64,000 nucleotides of DNA from Lepidodermella squamata (lineage: Eukaryota > Animalia > Gastrotricha), in assembly GCA_047495785.1 (NCBI GenBank), contig JBLDXI010000032.1:1798001-1862000 (forward strand), given 5' to 3'. Numbering within the stretch: position 1 is the first letter of the stretch; each line of letters begins with the position of its first letter. Below are positions 61,351-64,000 of the stretch, piece after piece. The position numbers and the translations under genes are program-made. The notes beneath the pieces are model-generated. The model did no database searches. It was not told where the DNA came from and saw only the letters and a list, made by a program, of their open reading frames with translations.

Positions 61351-62773
61351 CTGCAATTAATATGAAGGCGAAATTTTTCAAATTAACCCCATTGTAATCA
61401 CTCACAGTCCAAGTTTTACTATTGGCCGTAGTCTACTGGTCTCATGGTCGGCAGATGTAGCGGCGAAGAAATTGGCAAAGGAGTGATTCGAAGACACTTT
61501 GAGTGCTTGAGCGCTGAAAATGATATAATTTCTAAAGGTTTCACATGAAGTTAGACCCAATGCAACCTCAACATCGTATTTATTAGTAAAATGACCAATC
61601 GCATCGTTGACGCAGATATTCTTTATCCAAGGTTCGAAGTTATGGATTTTGTGTATTTTATTATCCTTTTCACCATTTTTGTTGTTGTTGTATTGTTTGA
61701 GGTTTCATTTGCAGGACCCTGCGAAATGTAGCCTGTTTACGACGAATTCACCATTTGCGAGCTTAACAGTTTTCATCTCCTACACCGATACGTTGAAATT
61801 TGAAATAGATGACGGCAACTTGGTATAAGGCTCATTTAATTATGCATTTTGTTAACCTGTTTAATGTAACGAAAAATGAGCGGACAAGAAAAGCAATATA
61901 ATTTTTGTGTGAGCCGAATTTTGTCTATAGAATTTCTTCAAAATAATCGATTTATTTCAATCGCTCTTTTTGACGCGTTAATAGGCAAAAAATGACTTTA
62001 AACTCATTCACGGTGTGAACATAGTGAAAAGGAACCTTTCATGTATTTTTTCGCGCTTGCCGTAAGCTTTGCTTTTCATGACCTCCGGCGAGACTCGGGC
62101 CATCATGTTTTTTGAATAGATTTGAAAGTCTCAACTCGCACCGCCCAAGTGATTCAAAGCATAAAAAGGCCACTGTCAATGGTGTTGCGTAGCAAGTACT
62201 TGACGACGAACACTGATAAAAGCTACAGAAGCATTTTCCTAATTAATCTAAAGAGAAATATCTCATGCCCACATTTTTACAATCACCGATATATCATTGA
62301 TAAATGCACAAATACGGCGTCACTGTCTGCTTCGAAAATATATATACTCTTGAATGATGTCTCAAGTCGGATGAAGATACGATATCCCTATGAATATATT
62401 TTCTGCTGTAGGAGCCAATAGCTATTGGTAGCTGACGGCTTGATGCTCGTCATGTACTCGAATTTTTCTTCAAAGCGTGGCGATTTGGAATAGATCGATC
62501 TTTATTGTAGCTTCGAATAAACGATACAACGCGCATGCATTTTGGCGCCTTATTGTGGAAGTATGTTCCGCCGGTCGCAACTATATGGCTCCTTAGCAAC
62601 GAATCGATTATTTGCACCTGTATGCTAAATACCACCTCATATATATTTTGTATTGTGGGTCGGGCGAACAAAATGACGTGTTATAGCTGCAAAATACTAC
62701 GACTATAGGCTAACATAATTACTAAACATTTGAAATTTAGATTATTTTGCTAAGCTAATTTGTAACTTCTGGA

Positions 62774-64000
62774 ATGTACCCGCAAACGGGATCCCAGAAC
62801 CAGATGTTCCCCAGCGTGGTCGAAATTGTGATTGTTCGACCCGTTGGGGGTGTCCACCCGAGACTCTATCCGAAAAGCCAGAATCACAACAGTCGACAAA
62901 TTTTGCTGCCAACCGAAGGTGGTGCGACTATTCGCAGCAAGCAACAGCCTCAGCAGTCCCAGCTACCACCGTTAGGATCACAGGCCACAGGAAACCAAGG
63001 AGGGCCCTCGCTATCTAATGCTGGGCTACCGATGATCATTATCAGAGGATCGGACGGTAGAGTTATCCCAACCGACACAATTTGGCAAAGGTTGCTCGCT
63101 CTGGCTAGAATGCGTGTTAGCACAGGTAAAAATATAATAAGGCGGAATGATTATTTGCGCTGATAATTTTATAGGAATGCCACTTACGAACGCCGAAGAT
63201 TGGCGCTTGCCACATGTTCACGCTCCAGCTAAGCCCGATTATTCAAGGTTTATGCCTTTTACTTTGAGAAGATACTACACGTCAAGCGGGCTAACAGTTC
63301 GAACTGGCCACCACCCGGTATGCTATGAGATCCACTGCTACGTTTTCCTTAAATTATACTTATCATAGGGCTGGCCGACCTATTTGACTTCAATGACTCC
63401 GTCAATGAGTGGCATGCAACGTGTCCATCAACAACAGCTACAACAGCACCAGATGATTCAACAGCGAAAGCAATTGGAAATGCAGTTACAGCAACAGCAG
63501 CAACAACAACAAGATGGCCAAGTTACACAGTCCGTGCCATCCCTGGGCACTGGGAACAAATATTGGCCTATGGAAACCAGTTTTCACATAACAGCGCCCG
63601 GTCGTTCTCAGACTTACGCAAATCAGACATATTTCCGAACTCCAGAGGATCGCCGTATCGACACGGGCGTCCCTGCATTCACGCGAGGAAAAGAGCTAAC
63701 CCCAGAGTTTTCATACGGTGTGAAAGGTTATTGGCCAAGGCTCTGTTACGGTTGTCAACGTCAAAATACACCTCAGTAAGTTGTAGCTAAAATAGGGAAA
63801 TTTTATGCTGAATTTTACCTGCTGGTAGTTTCCATTTCGCCAAGACGATTAGAACCGGTGGTGGTTTTACTTACGTCAAGCGAGACATTCCTCGTTTAAC
63901 GAACGCCTCTAACAATCCGCTTCATTGGTACGTTGTTGGACCGCCGTCCCGCATGCAAAAGGACTACATCAGACGAAATCGCAAGTCTGCTGTCGTGCCG
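62774..64000 (+). CDS. Unknown multi-exon protein with poly-Gln tract (continues past the window end)
   Basis: Open exons joined by short GT-AG introns (about 63126-63174, 63319-63368, 63776-63828); polyQ tract; YGVKGYWPRLCYGC and FAKTIRTGGGFTY segments. Confidence 0.6.

Noticed and set aside
1-64000. Prokaryotic features (CRISPR arrays, rRNA operons), alternative genetic code, selenocysteine or readthrough
   Set aside because: Sequence is spliceosomal-eukaryotic; the genes I spliced translate in the standard code without in-frame stops; no spacer-repeat array or rRNA was seen.
1-64000. Assigning a species or phylum
   Set aside because: Gene content shows an invertebrate animal with small introns, but nothing in the window is diagnostic without a database search.

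Overview
Gene-dense window of a compact animal (invertebrate) nuclear genome. Most introns are GT-AG and about 40-60 nt. Hand-spliced genes, left to right: 3' end of CCDC42/CFAP73; VDAC; a divergent eIF4E; a co-oriented minus-strand run MED4-ATG3-CHCHD2-epsin; four tandem LIV-1/SLC39A (ZIP) transporters in two subtypes; Frizzled 1/2/7-like; MRPL53-DLST; NICN1 with an intronless Cys-loop receptor nested antisense in its second intron; KCTD5-like; GAR1; TMEM243-like; a class I sirtuin followed by an SRSF3/7-like gene; LINE fragments; TDRD12-like; a TWIK-type K2P channel; and two unidentified genes. Main leads: (1) three clusters of intronless genes packed 59-370 nt upstream of an intron-rich gene, each gene having its own splice acceptor before its ATG, suggesting operons/trans-splicing, a shared leader exon or polycistronic mRNAs; (2) two ZIP paralogues whose HEXPHEXGD metal site reads QEVPFEIGD, with DxDxDG ectodomain loops and a different intron layout; (3) a K2P channel with both selectivity filters degenerate; (4) the nested Cys-loop receptor; (5) a candidate poison exon in the SR gene. 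Gene names come from recalled family motifs, not database searches, and exon boundaries were read by eye.
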